From Eledone cirrhosa (Eukaryota), in assembly GCA_964016885.1 (NCBI GenBank), contig OZ024742.1:190650001-190714000 (forward strand): a DNA stretch of 64,000 nt. Direction: 5' to 3'. The translations under genes were made by a program, and so were the position numbers. The notes beneath the pieces were generated by a model. That model was not told where the DNA came from. It saw only the letters and a program-made list of their open reading frames with translations, and made no database searches. The stretch's first letter is position 1. Each line of letters begins with the position of its first letter. Positions 12,369 through 25,538 of this stretch are shown here, one piece after another.

Positions 12369-14156
12369 TTACCTCTCTGCGTCCCGGGTATCGGGCTGCA
12401 CAATTTCCATTAGGGTGGGGGATGGGTTGTTGGGTGGGGTGGTGGTTTGTGGAAGTGTGGGGGCATCAGTGTGATGTGTGGTTGGGGAGCTTGGAGTTGT
12501 GTGGGTGTTTGGGGAGGGGGTGGGATAGTTTTTTAGGAGGACGCGGTTAATGGGCCCGACGCAGGGGGGACCCACGTCCTCTTTAAAATTGTTTTTTAAA
12601 GTTTTATAGGTGTCCTGTGGGGCCTTAATCATTTTGAGGTGGGGGAAATCCCCTGCCTGGGTGAAGTTAGGCCCTTGTGTTTTTATTAGATTGTTGTTGT
12701 ACACAATGTTTAACAGTTTTTTGTTTCTTGTATTTATGTATGTGTATGCATGTTTTTGTTTTTGTGTGGTGTTTTTTGTTTGCTGTTGTTGTGAGCTCTT
12801 TTGTGTTGGTGTCAGTGTTATGTTTTGGGGAGGGGTTTTTTTCATTTGTGTGTCTGAGGTGTGTTTTCTTTTTTTTCTTTTGATTGTGTGGAAGTGCTCC
12901 TCCTCGTCTGACGACGAACTAGGGTCATCTTCCGCGTTGGAGGGGAGGGGTATATTTTCGGGTTGTGTTTGCGGTACGGGTGTTTTGGAAATTGTTTTTG
13001 TTTTTTGAGTGGAGGGGATGGGTTGGACATTGTTTTGTTTTGGTTTGAGCTGTGGTGGTTGTTTTTGTAGTGGTAGTTGTGGTGATTGTGTTGGTTGTGC
13101 AGTTGTTGGTGGTGTAGGCAGGATTGGGGTTTTCTTATTAAGTTGGGGACAGACAGCCCTCAGGTGACCTCTGGTTCCGCAGAGGTAACACGAGGGCCGT
13201 CTACCCTCAACGGTAATGTTGATGAAGGTTAGATCATCCAGTATGACGCGTTCAGGGATCTGGGCGATCCTTTCGGGCCTCATTTGAACTACAAGTTCGA
13301 GGCTCGTTCCACTGAACGCGTCACCCGATGCCTTTCCCATGGACACCAGCATGTCATCCTCCAGGTCCAGAAAACCTGTCAAAACCCACCATATGTCCAT
13401 AATCGGCAGGATGGTGTGGATTTTTATTTTTTGTGTTCTTCTACCCATGTACGTAGGGTAGAAGGTGTATGCGGTGGATGTGATTGGTTTGATGGACAGT
13501 TTCACTGCTGTGTCCCTGTCCTTCATGAGAATGGATAGACTCCCGTAGAGTCTATCCTTCTGAATGAAGGTGATGTCCTTCATGACGTCTTTTAAAACCA
13601 GCTCTATCTCGCTCTGTGATGGTTGAGCTGGTTTTTTACTTTTGTTCGAGATTGTCCTAAACATGACCGTGTTTAGGAGTCTCTGGCTTTTTAGTTCCGG
13701 GGGGGAATGGATTGTGAATGAACCATTTTCCCCGTACACTATATATTTTTTCGCATCCGCCAGTAGCTCCTTCGCTTTTGTTATATCTACTGGCAGATAG
13801 TCGAGGGTTTTCCTTGTCGTCTCGGCGAAGGAGAAATTTTGTTTGTTTGTGTTGTTGTTGTCGTTGGTGGTGTTGTTGTTATCATTGTTGTTGTTGTCAC
13901 CGTTATTGGTCTTGTTGTTGTTATTGTTATTGTTATTGGTGTTGTTTTCGTCCGTCGCATTGTTGTTGTTGCTGTTGCTGCTGGTTCTTTGAGTTGTTGC
14001 CATGGCAACGTCAAGTTGTCGGTTAACAGGTGGAGAGAATTCTTCCTCTGGCTGACCTTTCTTCTTGACCTCTGCTACTGTGACAGTGGCAGGGGGAAGC
14101 TGTAAGTTCATCTTCCCCTTTCCTCCTTCGAATTTTGGTGAAGAAGCTTCGGCCAT
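12369..14156 (-). CDS. LINE ORF1p (595 aa), gag-like with a single CCHC zinc knuckle
   Basis: CYLCGTRGHLRAVC knuckle, poly-Asn tract, P/Q/T-rich tail, and position directly upstream of ORF2. Confidence 0.88.
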   Translation of the reverse strand: MAEASSPKFEGGKGKMNLQLPPATVTVAEVKKKGQPEEEFSPPVNRQLDVAMATTQRTSSNSNNNNATDENNTNNNNNNNNKTNNGDNNNNDNNNTTNDNNNTNKQNFSFAETTRKTLDYLPVDITKAKELLADAKKYIVYGENGSFTIHSPPELKSQRLLNTVMFRTISNKSKKPAQPSQSEIELVLKDVMKDITFIQKDRLYGSLSILMKDRDTAVKLSIKPITSTAYTFYPTYMGRRTQKIKIHTILPIMDIWWVLTGFLDLEDDMLVSMGKASGDAFSGTSLELVVQMRPERIAQIPERVILDDLTFINITVEGRRPSCYLCGTRGHLRAVCPQLNKKTPILPTPPTTAQPTQSPQLPLQKQPPQLKPKQNNVQPIPSTQKTKTISKTPVPQTQPENIPLPSNAEDDPSSSSDEEEHFHTIKRKKRKHTSDTQMKKTPPQNITLTPTQKSSQQQQTKNTTQKQKHAYTYINTRNKKLLNIVYNNNLIKTQGPNFTQAGDFPHLKMIKAPQDTYKTLKNNFKEDVGPPCVGPINRVLLKNYPTPSPNTHTTPSSPTTHHTDAPTLPQTTTPPNNPSPTLMEIVQPDTRDAER

Positions 14157-14603
14157 TTAAAAAATATTGACTTTTCAACAAGAAAAAACTTTTTTTTTTG
14201 TTTAACTATTTCGCCTAAAGGCGTAGAATATTTTGAGAGACTGACCAGATCAAAGTTTGACCTGGCAGTCCCTCTACAAAATGGTACAAAAATTAAAGTT
14301 ATCAGACAAGAATTTCTATAGAAATTTAAACAGAACTTACTCAGCAAGTTATACGCGTGTGTCCATCCCAGAGATAGATAGATAGCTAGCTAGATAGATA
14401 GATAGATGGAGATAGAGTGTAAACATCATATTTAATATAAAATTCCTTCTACAGGATTGGAACTGTTTCATTCGTATGAAATCCTCTTGATGATTTTATA
14501 CAAATAAAACAGTTCTTGTACTGGAGAAGCCATATCTATATTAAATATGATGTATATATATTTAAAGAGAGAGTGTGTGTGTGTGAGGGAGAGAGAGAGT
14601 GCA

Positions 14604-14658
<55 letters not shown>

Positions 14659-14664
14659 GTGTGA

Positions 14665-14742
<78 letters not shown>

Positions 14743-15412
14743 GAGAAAGAGAGATCGTACATGGTTTCACTGATGACAGATAAAAATCCCCAAATAATTA
14801 TCTGGCCTTCTCATCATTACAGGGATAGCTGTACAATGGCCACATTATCATAGCGAGACTCTCGTATATTTATTTAACACAAGCGTATAGTATATGCTTA
14901 CATATACACACCTATGATCATATATCTATATTGTTTATATTTATATATATAAATTATAAACCGACTCAGATAAACCCTCTGTGAAAGTGTTCAGCAGGGA
15001 AGAAAAAATACATTGCTTTAAGTAATAGTATCAGTATAAAAGTTGATACGCAATTAGCTGAATAAGAACACTAGCGTCAAACGACGTGAAACGAATATAA
15101 ATAAACAAACTGTACCGAAAATCTTTTTGAAAAAAGCTGTAAACATAACTGAAGCCAGTAAAAGTAAACAAAGAAATATAACTAACCATCAAATTACATG
15201 GCTCACTAATACAGAAAGAAACCTTCTAAATAACTTAATGATCAGTCATTGCATTTTTCAAAACCTATTTTCCCTATATATAAATATAAATAGGAAAAGA
15301 GTCAGGACCCCGAAGGCTGGGCTCTGGCCGATTCGACAGCTAGATCCAAATATAGATCTTATATATTATGAAATACTGTTGGCTTCTTGCTCGCAATAGT
15401 TTCTATACAATA

Positions 15413-15555
<143 letters not shown>

Positions 15556-15734
15556 AAACATTTACGAAATGGAAATGCGGGTATATAGAATTTATTAGGT
15601 AACAATTGTTTCTATAGTGTATGAGTTGCCTATACCTCGCTATTTGAATAATACACAAATATTATCAAAAACCGAAAGTACACTGTAAGCCAACACACCA
15701 TGTCATTAGACCTTTGTATTAGAATGATATGAAA

Positions 15735-15767
<33 letters not shown>

Positions 15768-15893
15768 TAGTAGTGGTGGTGGTGCTCGTGCTGGTGCTGC
15801 TGTTAGTGCAGCTGTTTGTGGTGGTGGTGCCGGTGGTGGCGGTAGTAGAAATGATATTGATAGTAGTTGTAGTAGTAGTAGTAGTAGTATATA

Positions 15894-16007
<114 letters not shown>

Positions 16008-19000
16008 GTTATACTTGGGGAGGGTCATATTTGCGTAATATTGCCAGAATTAATAACAGAACACACTCACTGTTTGGTTGGTTTTCGCTTCTCGCTGTCT
16101 TTTATATATATATATCTGCGATCTAACTTACTCGGTCCTCAATGTTGCCATTGACTGACCGACGGTCAGAAATAATACAGATACAATATAGACACAAACA
16201 CATATATATAGTTTACATAATTTACATAAATCTTTCGTTGCACATCTGCAACATCGTCAGTGGTGTTATATTATATTCCTCCTGTTGTGTTGTATGTCTA
16301 CGCCATTTTTTTTTATTCAGTCTGTCTATATATTTATTTATTTATTTGCTTGTTTGTTTATTTTATTTTGTCTTCTTTGCGCATGCGTTTGCGTGTGTGT
16401 ATAGTGTTATGTGTGCTGTGTGACTAGTGTGTATAGAGTTGTGTCTGCTGGGTGACTAGTGTGTGTTTATGTGCTTGTTGTTATTGTGCTTGTGTATGTA
16501 TTTATTTATCTTATTTTATTTTATTTTATTTATTTACTTATTTATACTTCTCTTAGATCAGTGTTGTTTGTTTGGGTGTTGTTGTTGTTCCACTCATTCT
16601 TTCTGTTTAGCTTTGGTCTTCTAATTTCTATTTCACTGGCCTCTCTGATTTGCCTATCTGCTGGGTCATTCCTATGTTTAGATATTATTCTAATTTCTAT
16701 GTTGTCTATGTTACCGTCATGTTGTTGTCTAGCATGTTCGTATAGTACTGACCCGTTTTATCGTCCTTTTAGTTCCCCCCAGTGTTGGCCTATCCTTTCA
16801 CCTATGCTACGAGCTGTCTCACCTATGTATGTTGTTGTCATGTTTCTGCAAGTACCCTCTGTACATCTTATGCTATAGACTACGTTTCTAGTTTTACAGT
16901 TTATCCGGGGGTTCACCTTACATATGATACATTTCCTATTGGTACAGTGGGTTTTCTTAAAAGGGTAGGTTTTGCTGATCAGGGATTTTATGGTGGTTCC
17001 TGGCTTTTCTACCACCTTTATTTTTAAGTGGGTCTTTCTCAGGGCCTTTCTACACTGGTTAGCTAATTTCCCTCCAGGGGTGGCGTCCACAAGCATGACA
17101 CTCTGATATCTCTGGTTGTCGTACCATGATGTGGCCTTCCCTATCTTATGTCTAGCCCTATCTAAGCTATTCCATGATTTGCTCCTGTATAGTGGGCAAA
17201 TTCCTTTCATGTCCAGTTCTATGAGGGTCTTATACTTTTCAATGGCTCCTTCGTATACTCTGACTCTGTCTCTTTGGTTGTAGCCAGAGAACTGCAATGC
17301 GGTTGATGAAGTGTTGGATGTGTCTTTCCATTTCTGTTGGGTCGCACATGCTGGACACATTCTTCATCACTCGTACCAAATCTGCGATCAGAATATTAAA
17401 CTTAGCACTACTGGACATTGCTGAGTTTTTGAGTATCAGGTATTTGGAGGCCATGGGTTTAGCATAGTGTGAGTGGAGAATTTGGGCTCTCTCGTCTATA
17501 GTGTTAATCCAGAGTTCTGTGTCTAATACAGGTAGTCTATACCAGAGTATAACTGTAACTATCGACTTCCCTTCCAAACACCCTAACAATAGACTACCTG
17601 TATTAGACACAGAACTCTGGATTAACACTATAGACGAGAGAGCCCAAATTCTCCACTCACACTATGCTAAACCCATGGCCTCCAAATACCTGATACTCAA
17701 AAACTCAGCAATGTCCAGTAGTGCTAAGTTTAATATTCTAGATAGGGCTAGACATAAGATAGGGAAGGCCACATCATGGTACGACAACCAGAGATATCAG
17801 AGTGTCATGTTTGTGGACGCCACCCCTGGAGGGAAATTAGCTAACCAGTGTAGAAAGGCCCATTTAAAAATAAAGGTGGTAGAAAAGCCAGGAACCACCA
17901 TAAAATCCCTGATCAGCAAAACCTACCCTTTTAAGAAAACCCACTGTACCAATAGGAAATGTATCATATGTAAGGTGAACCCCCGGATAAACTGTAAAAC
18001 TAGAAACGTAGTCTATAGCATAAGATGTACAGAGGGTACTTGCACAAACATAACAACAACATACATAGGTGAGACAGCTCGTAGCATAGGTGAAAGGATA
18101 GACCAACACTGGGGGGAACTAAAAGGACGAAAAAACGGGTCAGTATGTATGTTGTTGTCATGTTTCTGCAAGTACCCTCTGTACATCTTATGCTATACAC
18201 TACGTTTCTAGTTTTACAGTTTATCCGGGGGTTCACCTTACATATGATACATTTCCTATTGGTACAGTGGGTTTTCTTAAAAGGGTAGGTTTTGCTGATC
18301 AGGGATTTTATGGTGGTTACTGGCTTTTCTACCACCTTTATTTTTAAGTGGGCCTTTCTACACTGGTTAGCTAATTTCCCTCCAGGGGTGGCGTCCACAA
18401 ACATGACACTCTGATATCTCTGGTTGTCGTACTATGATGTGGCCTTCCCTATCTTATGTCTAGCCCTATCTAGAATATTAAACTCAGCACTACTGGACAT
18501 TGCTGAGTTTTTGAGTATCAGGTATTTGGAGGCCATGGGTTTAGCATAGTGTGAGTGGAGAATTTGGGCTCTCTCGTCTATAGTGTTAATCCAGAGTTCT
18601 GTGTCTAATACAGGTAGTCTATTGTTAGGGTGTTTGGAAGGGAATTCGATAGTTACAGTTATACTCTGGTATAGACTACCTGTATTAGACACAGAACTCT
18701 GGATTAACACTATAGACGAGAGAGCCCAAATTCTCCACTCACACTATGCTAAACCCATGGCCTCCAAATACCTGATACTCAAAAACTCAGCAATGTCCAG
18801 TAGTGCTAAGTTTAATATTCTGATCGCAGATTTGGTACGAGTGATGAAGAATGTGTCCAGCATGTGCGACCCAACAGAAATGGAAAGACACATCCAACAC
18901 TTCATCAACCGCATTGCAGTTCTCTGGCTACAACCAAAGAGACAGAGTCAGAGTATACGAAGGAGCCATTGAAAAGTATAAGACCCTCATAGAACTGGAC

Positions 19001-20195
19001 ATGAAAGGAATTTGCCCACTATACAGGAGCAAATCATGGAATAGCTTAGATAGGGCTAGACATAAGATAGGGAAGGCCACATCATGGTACGACAACCAGA
19101 GATATCAGAGTGTCATGCTTGTGGACGCCACCCCTGGAGGGAAATTAGCTAACCAGTGTAGAAAGGCCCTGAGAAAGACCCACTTAAAAATAAAGGTGGT
19201 AGAAAAGCCAGGAACCACCATAAAATCCCTGATCAGCAAAACCTACCCTTTTAAGAAAACCCACTGTACCAATAGGAAATGTATCATATGTAAGGTGAAC
19301 CCCCGGATAAACTGTAAAACTAGAAACGTAGTCTATAGCATAAGATGTACAGAGGGTACTTGCAGAAACATGACAACAACATACATAGGTGAGACAGCTC
19401 GTAGCATAGGTGAAAGGATAGGCCAACACTGGGGGGAACTAAAAGGACGATAAAACGGGTCAGTACTATACGAACATGCTAGACAACAACATGACGGTAA
19501 CATAGACAACATAGAAATTAGAATAATATCTAAACATAGGAATGACCCAGCAGATAGGCAAATCAGAGAGGCCAGTGAAATAGAAATTAGAAGACCAAAG
19601 CTAAACAGAAAGAATGAGTGGAACAACAACAACACCCAAACAAACAACACTGATCTAAGAGAAGTATAAATAAGTAAATAAATAAAATAAAATAAAATAA
19701 GATAAATAAATACTTACACAAGCACAATAACAACAAGCACATAAACACACACTAGTCACCCAGCAGACACAACACTATACACACTAGTCACACAGCACAC
19801 ATAACACTATACACACACGCAAACGCATGCGCAAAGAAGACAAAATAAAATAAACAAACAAGCAAATAAATAAATAAATATATAGACAGACTGAATAAAA
19901 AAAAATGGCGTAGACATACAGCACAAGAGGAGGAATATAATATAACACCACTGACGATGTTGCAGATGTGCAACGAAAGATTTATGTAAATTATGTAAAC
20001 TATATATATGTGTTTGTGTCTATATTGTATCTGTATTATTTTTGACCGTCGGTCAGTCAATGGCAACATTGAGGACCGAGTAAGTTAGATCACAGATATA
20101 AAAGACAGCGAGAAGCGAAAACCAACCAAACAGTGAGTGTGTTCTGTTATTAATTCTGGCAATATTACGCAAATATGACCCTCCCCAAGTATAAC
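16008..20195. mobile_element. ~4.2-kb near-perfect palindrome of PLE family A; four alternating segments (-)(+)(-)(+)
   Basis: Mirror ORFs sum to 36211 (17360+18851, 17628+18583, 17501+18710). Unpaired spacer ~18067-18144. Each arm contains its own inversion near 17540 / 18670. Confidence 0.92.
18670..19670 (+). pseudogene. PLE RT thumb / Zn finger / GIY-YIG, frameshifted (mirror copy at ~16540-17540 minus)
   Basis: RLPVLDTELW..HYAKPMAS, HCTNRKCIIC..INC, RNVVYSIRC..YIGETARSIGERIGQH. Confidence 0.88.
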
Positions 20196-20918
20196 AATAT
20201 CTGTTTCGACACACGATTTCATATAATAAAAGGAATTCCAACTCTGTCTGATTTACTCGTTTTATTTACAATCCTTTAAAATTTATATTGGTATTAGAAT
20301 GAAATAGTATAGTAGAATATTAAATGTTAAGTGTTAATTGAACAGGTACTTTCATGCTTTGGCAATCTTCAGGTTCAATTCTGTGGTGACAGTCAAGTTT
20401 GCAATTTTCAATTGTAATGAGATGGGTAAATGTTGTGCCTTATATACAGTGGTTCCACAATGCTATATCTTGCAAACTATATTTCGACCAATCGGTGTAT
20501 AGTTTCACTGGATTACTAAAACTGACTGGTTTAGGCGTCACGGTTGGTTGAGCATGTCTAACGACTACTAATTGACCCGATCCAAAGCATCAATTGTTTT
20601 GCTATTTTTAGAAATGATGAAAATGGCATTTTCTAGTAATCATCACCATCAACATCACTTTTATTATTATTATTATTATTGTTGTTGTTGTTGTTGTCAG
20701 TGGTCGTAGTCATAGTCATAGTAGGGGACTCCATTATTATTGTTCATTTAGCTTGGGTTTGAATTTATCAATAACATTCTTTTATTTGATTTTTCTCTTG
20801 ATTTCACTTGGGCTGTGTAATTTGTCGAATGGGAATATTATAAATATTCCCTGACCACATGTTGCTAGATTGTTACTTAGGGGTATCTGACAGACATTTG
20901 GAAAGATAGCCGATAAAT

Positions 20919-21368
20919 TTGAAGCAATTACTAACAAAAGCAAAGTTTGACCTTAACAACAAAGACCAATCATTCACTATATCTAAATGCAATGATAGTC
21001 GATGTGGCACATGTCAATCCATACACGCCGGTCAATATATGAAAACAAAAACTGGAAAAATATTCCCAAATGCAAATATGAACTGCAAAAGCAGAAATCT
21101 AATTTACTGCATTAAATGCCCGAATTGTGAAGAACTATATGTCGGTCAAACTGGAAATGCACTATCGGAACGTGCACGGGTACACCGACAGCAAATCAGA
21201 GACCCAAATTTCTGTCAGATACCCCTAAGTAACCATCTAGCAACATGTGGTCAGGGAATATTTATAATATTCCCATTCGACAAATTACACAGCCCAAGTG
21301 AAATCAAGAGGAAAATCAAAGAAAAGAATGTTATTGATAAATTCAAACCCAAGCTAAATGAACAATAA
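20919..21368 (+). pseudogene. 5'-truncated PLE Zn finger + GIY-YIG endonuclease
   Basis: CNDSRCGTC..NMNCKSRNLIYCIKCPNCEELYVGQTGNALSERARVH..H..R..KE..I.KFKPKLN. Confidence 0.88.
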
Positions 21369-21725
21369 TAATGGGGTACCATACTATGACTATGACTACG
21401 ACCACTAATAACAACAACAACAATAATAATAATAAAAGTGATGTTGATGGTGATGATTACTAGAAAATGCTATTTTCATCATTTCTAAAAGTAGCAAAAC
21501 AATTGATGCTTAGGATCGAGTCAATTAGTAGTCGTTAGACATGCTCAACCAACCGTGACGCCTAAACCAATCAGCTTTAGTAATCCAGTGAAACTACACA
21601 CCGATTGGTCGAAATACAGTTTGCAAGATTTAGCATTCTGGAGCCACTTTTCACTGTATATAAGGCACAGAATTACCCATCTCATTACAGTTTAAAATTG
21701 CAAAGTTGACTCTCACCACATATTA

Positions 21726-21764
21726 TGAACCTGAAGATTGCGAAAGCATGAAAGTACTTGTTCA
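21726..21764 (+). ncRNA. Minimal type I hammerhead ribozyme (mirror copy 20339-20377 minus has U16.1>C)
   Basis: TGAAC-CTGAAGA-t-TGC-gaaa-GCA-t-GAAA-GTAC-TT-GTTCA. Stem I 5 bp, palindromic stem III GTAC. Confidence 0.82.
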
Positions 21765-21919
21765 ATTAACACTTAACATTTAATATTCTGCCATAGTATT
21801 TCATTCTAATATATACCATTATAAATTGTAAAGGATTGTAAATAAAACGAGTAAATCAAACAAAGTTGGAATTCCTTTTATTAATATAATCTTCTATACA
21901 CAATCATACACACCCGTGT

Positions 21920-22096
<177 letters not shown>

Positions 22097-22747
22097 CAGA
22101 GAGAGAGAGAGAGAAACTATTGTATAGAAACCATTGCGAGCAAGAAGCCAACAGTATTTCATAATGTATAAATGACTATAGCATCAAAATCGAAAAATAG
22201 TTAACGTAAGATGTGGGAATATAATTCAAACTCAATTCAAAAAGATTCAGGACATATATTCATCCACAGAATTTAGTGAAATCCAGGGAAAAATCAATAG
22301 AGCCTTAACTCAGAATAAAATAAAGTCCAAAATACTCATCATTCAATTTGGAAAAAGTGTATAGTCTTAAAAAAGACTATTTCACGAAACTTTCAGTGGG
22401 AATGGTCACGGTTGGAATCGATCATCAGCAGAGCTCAGAGACACGATAACCAAAGTCACACTGTTTATAATATGCCAAAAAGGGAATTTAAAAGCAGGTT
22501 AGTTCAACATCATGGGTAATTATGAAAATAAACGCACATGTAGAGGCATGGCTGGTGACGTCAGAATGAAACAACAGTCAAAAACATTCCGAAAAAAACT
22601 CTACAATATAAGGAGTTCAGCAAAAAAAAAAATATATATATATATATATACATATATATACATATATATATATGACGGCGAATTTTTTGATATGAAAAAA
22701 AAAAATATATATATATATATTGTTATACTTAGGGAGGGTCAGAAACG

Positions 22748-22828
<81 letters not shown>

Positions 22829-22859
22829 TATACATATATATATATGACGGCGATGTTTT

Positions 22860-23491
22860 TGATTTTTTGCGAGGTTTTTGATTTGAAATCGTGTGTCGAA
22901 ACAAATATTGTTATACTTGGGGAGGGTCATATTTGTGTAATATTACCAGAATTGATAAAAGAACACATTCACTGTTTGGTTGGTTTTCGCTTCTGTGTCT
23001 TTTATATCGATTAATTTTATTTATTCGGTCCTCAATGTTACCATTGACTGACCAACGGTCAAAAATACAGATACAATATAGACACAAACACATATATATA
23101 GTCTATCAAAGTACTTTCGTTGCACATCTGCAACATCGTCAGTGGTGCTATTATGTTTCCTCCCGTTGCATTGTATGCCTACGCCATCTTTATTTAGTCT
23201 GTTTATTTATTTATTTATTCGTTTATTGTTTGTCTTCTCTGCGCATGCGTTTGCGTGTGTGTATCGTGTTTTGTTTGATGTGTGTTCTTGTTTGGGTGAC
23301 TGTGTATTGGTTAATGTATTCTATCTTAGTTTACTAGTGTGTGTTTATATGTGTTTGTTGTTATTGTGCTTGTGTATTTATTTATTTATTTATTTATTTA
23401 TTTATACTTCTCTTAGGTCAGTGTTGTTTGTTTGGGTGTTGTTATTCCATTCGTTTTTTCTGTTTAGCCTTGGCCTTCTAAGTTCTATTTC
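22860..23491 (-). mobile_element. PLE family A 3' fragment
   Basis: Matches 1587-2160 and includes the HHR-like motif. Confidence 0.85.
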
Positions 23492-24560
23492 GTTGACCTG
23501 GAGTGTGCTCAAAAGGGCCACCCCTTATCAAAATAACAGATACGAGTGTAGGTTATGCTACCAGGAACTTTTTGAAATTATGAAATCTAAGGATATCCTA
23601 TTAATTAAGCGACAGGAATTAATTATATCTTGCACTCATAGAATTAGAAGAACCTTCAAATATTATAAGCCTAATTAATATACACCTTACACTTATATTT
23701 TACATATTATTATAATTAGTTTTTTTAATTTAGTTTTCCTATAATTAGTACTTTACTACAGAAAACTTCATAATTTTATTTCCCTCTGACAGCTCTCTTT
23801 TCCTAAAATTAATACCTAAAAGTATACCTATAAATTAATTTAATTTCCTGTTATGAATCTAGATTTCTTGTAGTTTATATAAGATTGGTATTTCTCACTA
23901 CTACTTTTATCCCAAAATTTTACTTTCCTTCATTTTTAACAACACTCTTTAATAACATCTAATTCTTATTTATCACATTCATATGAATTAATATAAATTT
24001 ATCCCTATAAGTTTACCTATCAATTAATTTAATTTCTTGTTATAGATCTAGATTCCTTGTGGTTTAAATAAGATTGCTATTTCTCACTAATATCCTTACC
24101 CTAAAATTCTATTTTCCTTCGTTTTTAACATTATTCTTTAATAACATCAACTTTTCGTGTACCCTTTACTGGCTTGACCTCTTTTCATCCCCAACGTATT
24201 CTTTTCACTCAAAACATAAGTCTGCACTCCTCTTCATTCAAAACATAAGTCTGCACTCCTCTACACCTAAATTAAATTTCTACTACTACTATTCTATCAA
24301 CTTGACCTCTAACTACTTTTTAAGGTCAATTCAAAACCTGTTCCCAAACAGACCTTTTATATTAAATCTTTGTTGGTTTTTTCAATAAACAAATCTCATC
24401 ATTTCTGAAGACAGCATGTATATGTGAAGGTATATTTTTACATAGATCTATATGATATACATACCAACACACACATATATATCCTAGAAACGATCGTAAA
24501 ATAATGAATTTTTTTATATAAAGAACTGTTTCTTTGTTTTTATTTCATTGTTTTTATTAA
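23492..24560 (+). mobile_element. PLE family C-type 3' end: GIY-YIG tail 23493-23678, long AT-rich 3' region and HHR
   Basis: LTWSVLKRATPY..CRLCYQE..LLIKRQELIISCTH matches the W-S-I-L...PY...C-x-LC..E...LNKR.E...C.H tail found in some PLE endonucleases. Confidence 0.75.
24401..24502 (+). ncRNA. Type I hammerhead ribozyme with long, poorly paired stem II region
   Basis: ATTT-CTGAAGA-(75 nt)-GAAA-CGATCG-TA-AAAT. Palindromic stem III. Confidence 0.6.
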
Positions 24561-25298
24561 TTTATATATATATATATATATAATACACTGACAAGGCATT
24601 GGCCAATTCTGGCCTATAGTTGCAGACAGGCTTAAAAAACAAACAGCTACACACGTCCCTATATATAAACCTTTCGCTCAACTATGACGCAGCTAAGGTT
24701 GAACTCTGAATTGTGAGCTAACAAATTCCTTATCAACTTTTACAATGAACCTTTTCTTTCCGCTGAACACTTTCACAGCGAGATGAACAGAGTCGTTTTA
24801 TAGTTTATAGCCTTGCCAAAGATCTTACTGTAGAATCAGTGTCAAAATGAGAACCACAAACCACTGAATTGTGTCTATCCAATTTTATGATATTGCACAC
24901 ATTTCCAGCTTCGGTATAGCATCTCTGCTAAAACTGGTCATGTATCCTTTTCAGATATAATAATTATTTTGGTCATCAATTTAAATAAAACGTGACAAGA
25001 CAATATCATGTGGGACATAAATCTTATCGAAAGATGGGAATTCCGTTTAAAATTTTGTCATGCTGATGAAATAATTGAACCGGAAGAAATACACCAGCAA
25101 CTTGTAATATATTCCTGCTTTAAACATTAACAGAAACAAAAAAATAAATACACCTATTGTTAGATTGTTTTACTTAACAAACAGAAAAATACTGCTTTGA
25201 GTTCGTCTCTCATAATGCTCTTTTACCACCACAATTAGAGATGTTTAAAGGAATGAAATGCTACACATCCACACACACACACACACATATATATATAC

Positions 25299-25413
25299 GA
25301 AAATGTTCAACACCCCGACGACAGAGCTCGAGTCGTTTCGACGGTTATTTCTGAACTCCAGAAATAACCGTCGAAACGGTTCGAGCTCTGCCATCGGGGT
25401 CTTGGACATTTTC
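25299..25413. repeat. ~115-bp hairpin (fold-back)
   Basis: ..GTTTCGACGGTTATTTCTG aactc CAGAAATAACCGTCGAAAC.., with the arms extending to GAAAATGT / ACATTTTC. Confidence 0.85.
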
Positions 25414-25501
25414 CTATGACCCACTCTACTACCCTAAGTAATTAAGTATTGAGTACTCTGGTGCGTTATGGTCCTCCTGGTTCCTTACCACACTTCCTTC
25501 G

Positions 25502-25535
<34 letters not shown>

Positions 25536-25538
<3 letters not shown>

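Larger units (their letters stand above)
8643..14370 (-). mobile_element. Full-length L1-clade (Tx1-like) non-LTR retrotransposon, both ORFs open
   Basis: About 210-nt 5' UTR, ORF1 with CCHC knuckle, ORF2 APE-RT-zf, and a 3' UTR ending AATAAA (8650-8655) AGAAACTT. Flanked by (TA)n and (GATA)n. Confidence 0.93.
20227..21890. mobile_element. PLE family B fold-back (minus arm 20227-20901, plus arm 20902-21890)
   Basis: The arms are reverse complements and the plus arm carries the GIY-YIG ORF and HHR. The 3' end recurs as a small fold-back at 56595-56830. Confidence 0.88.
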
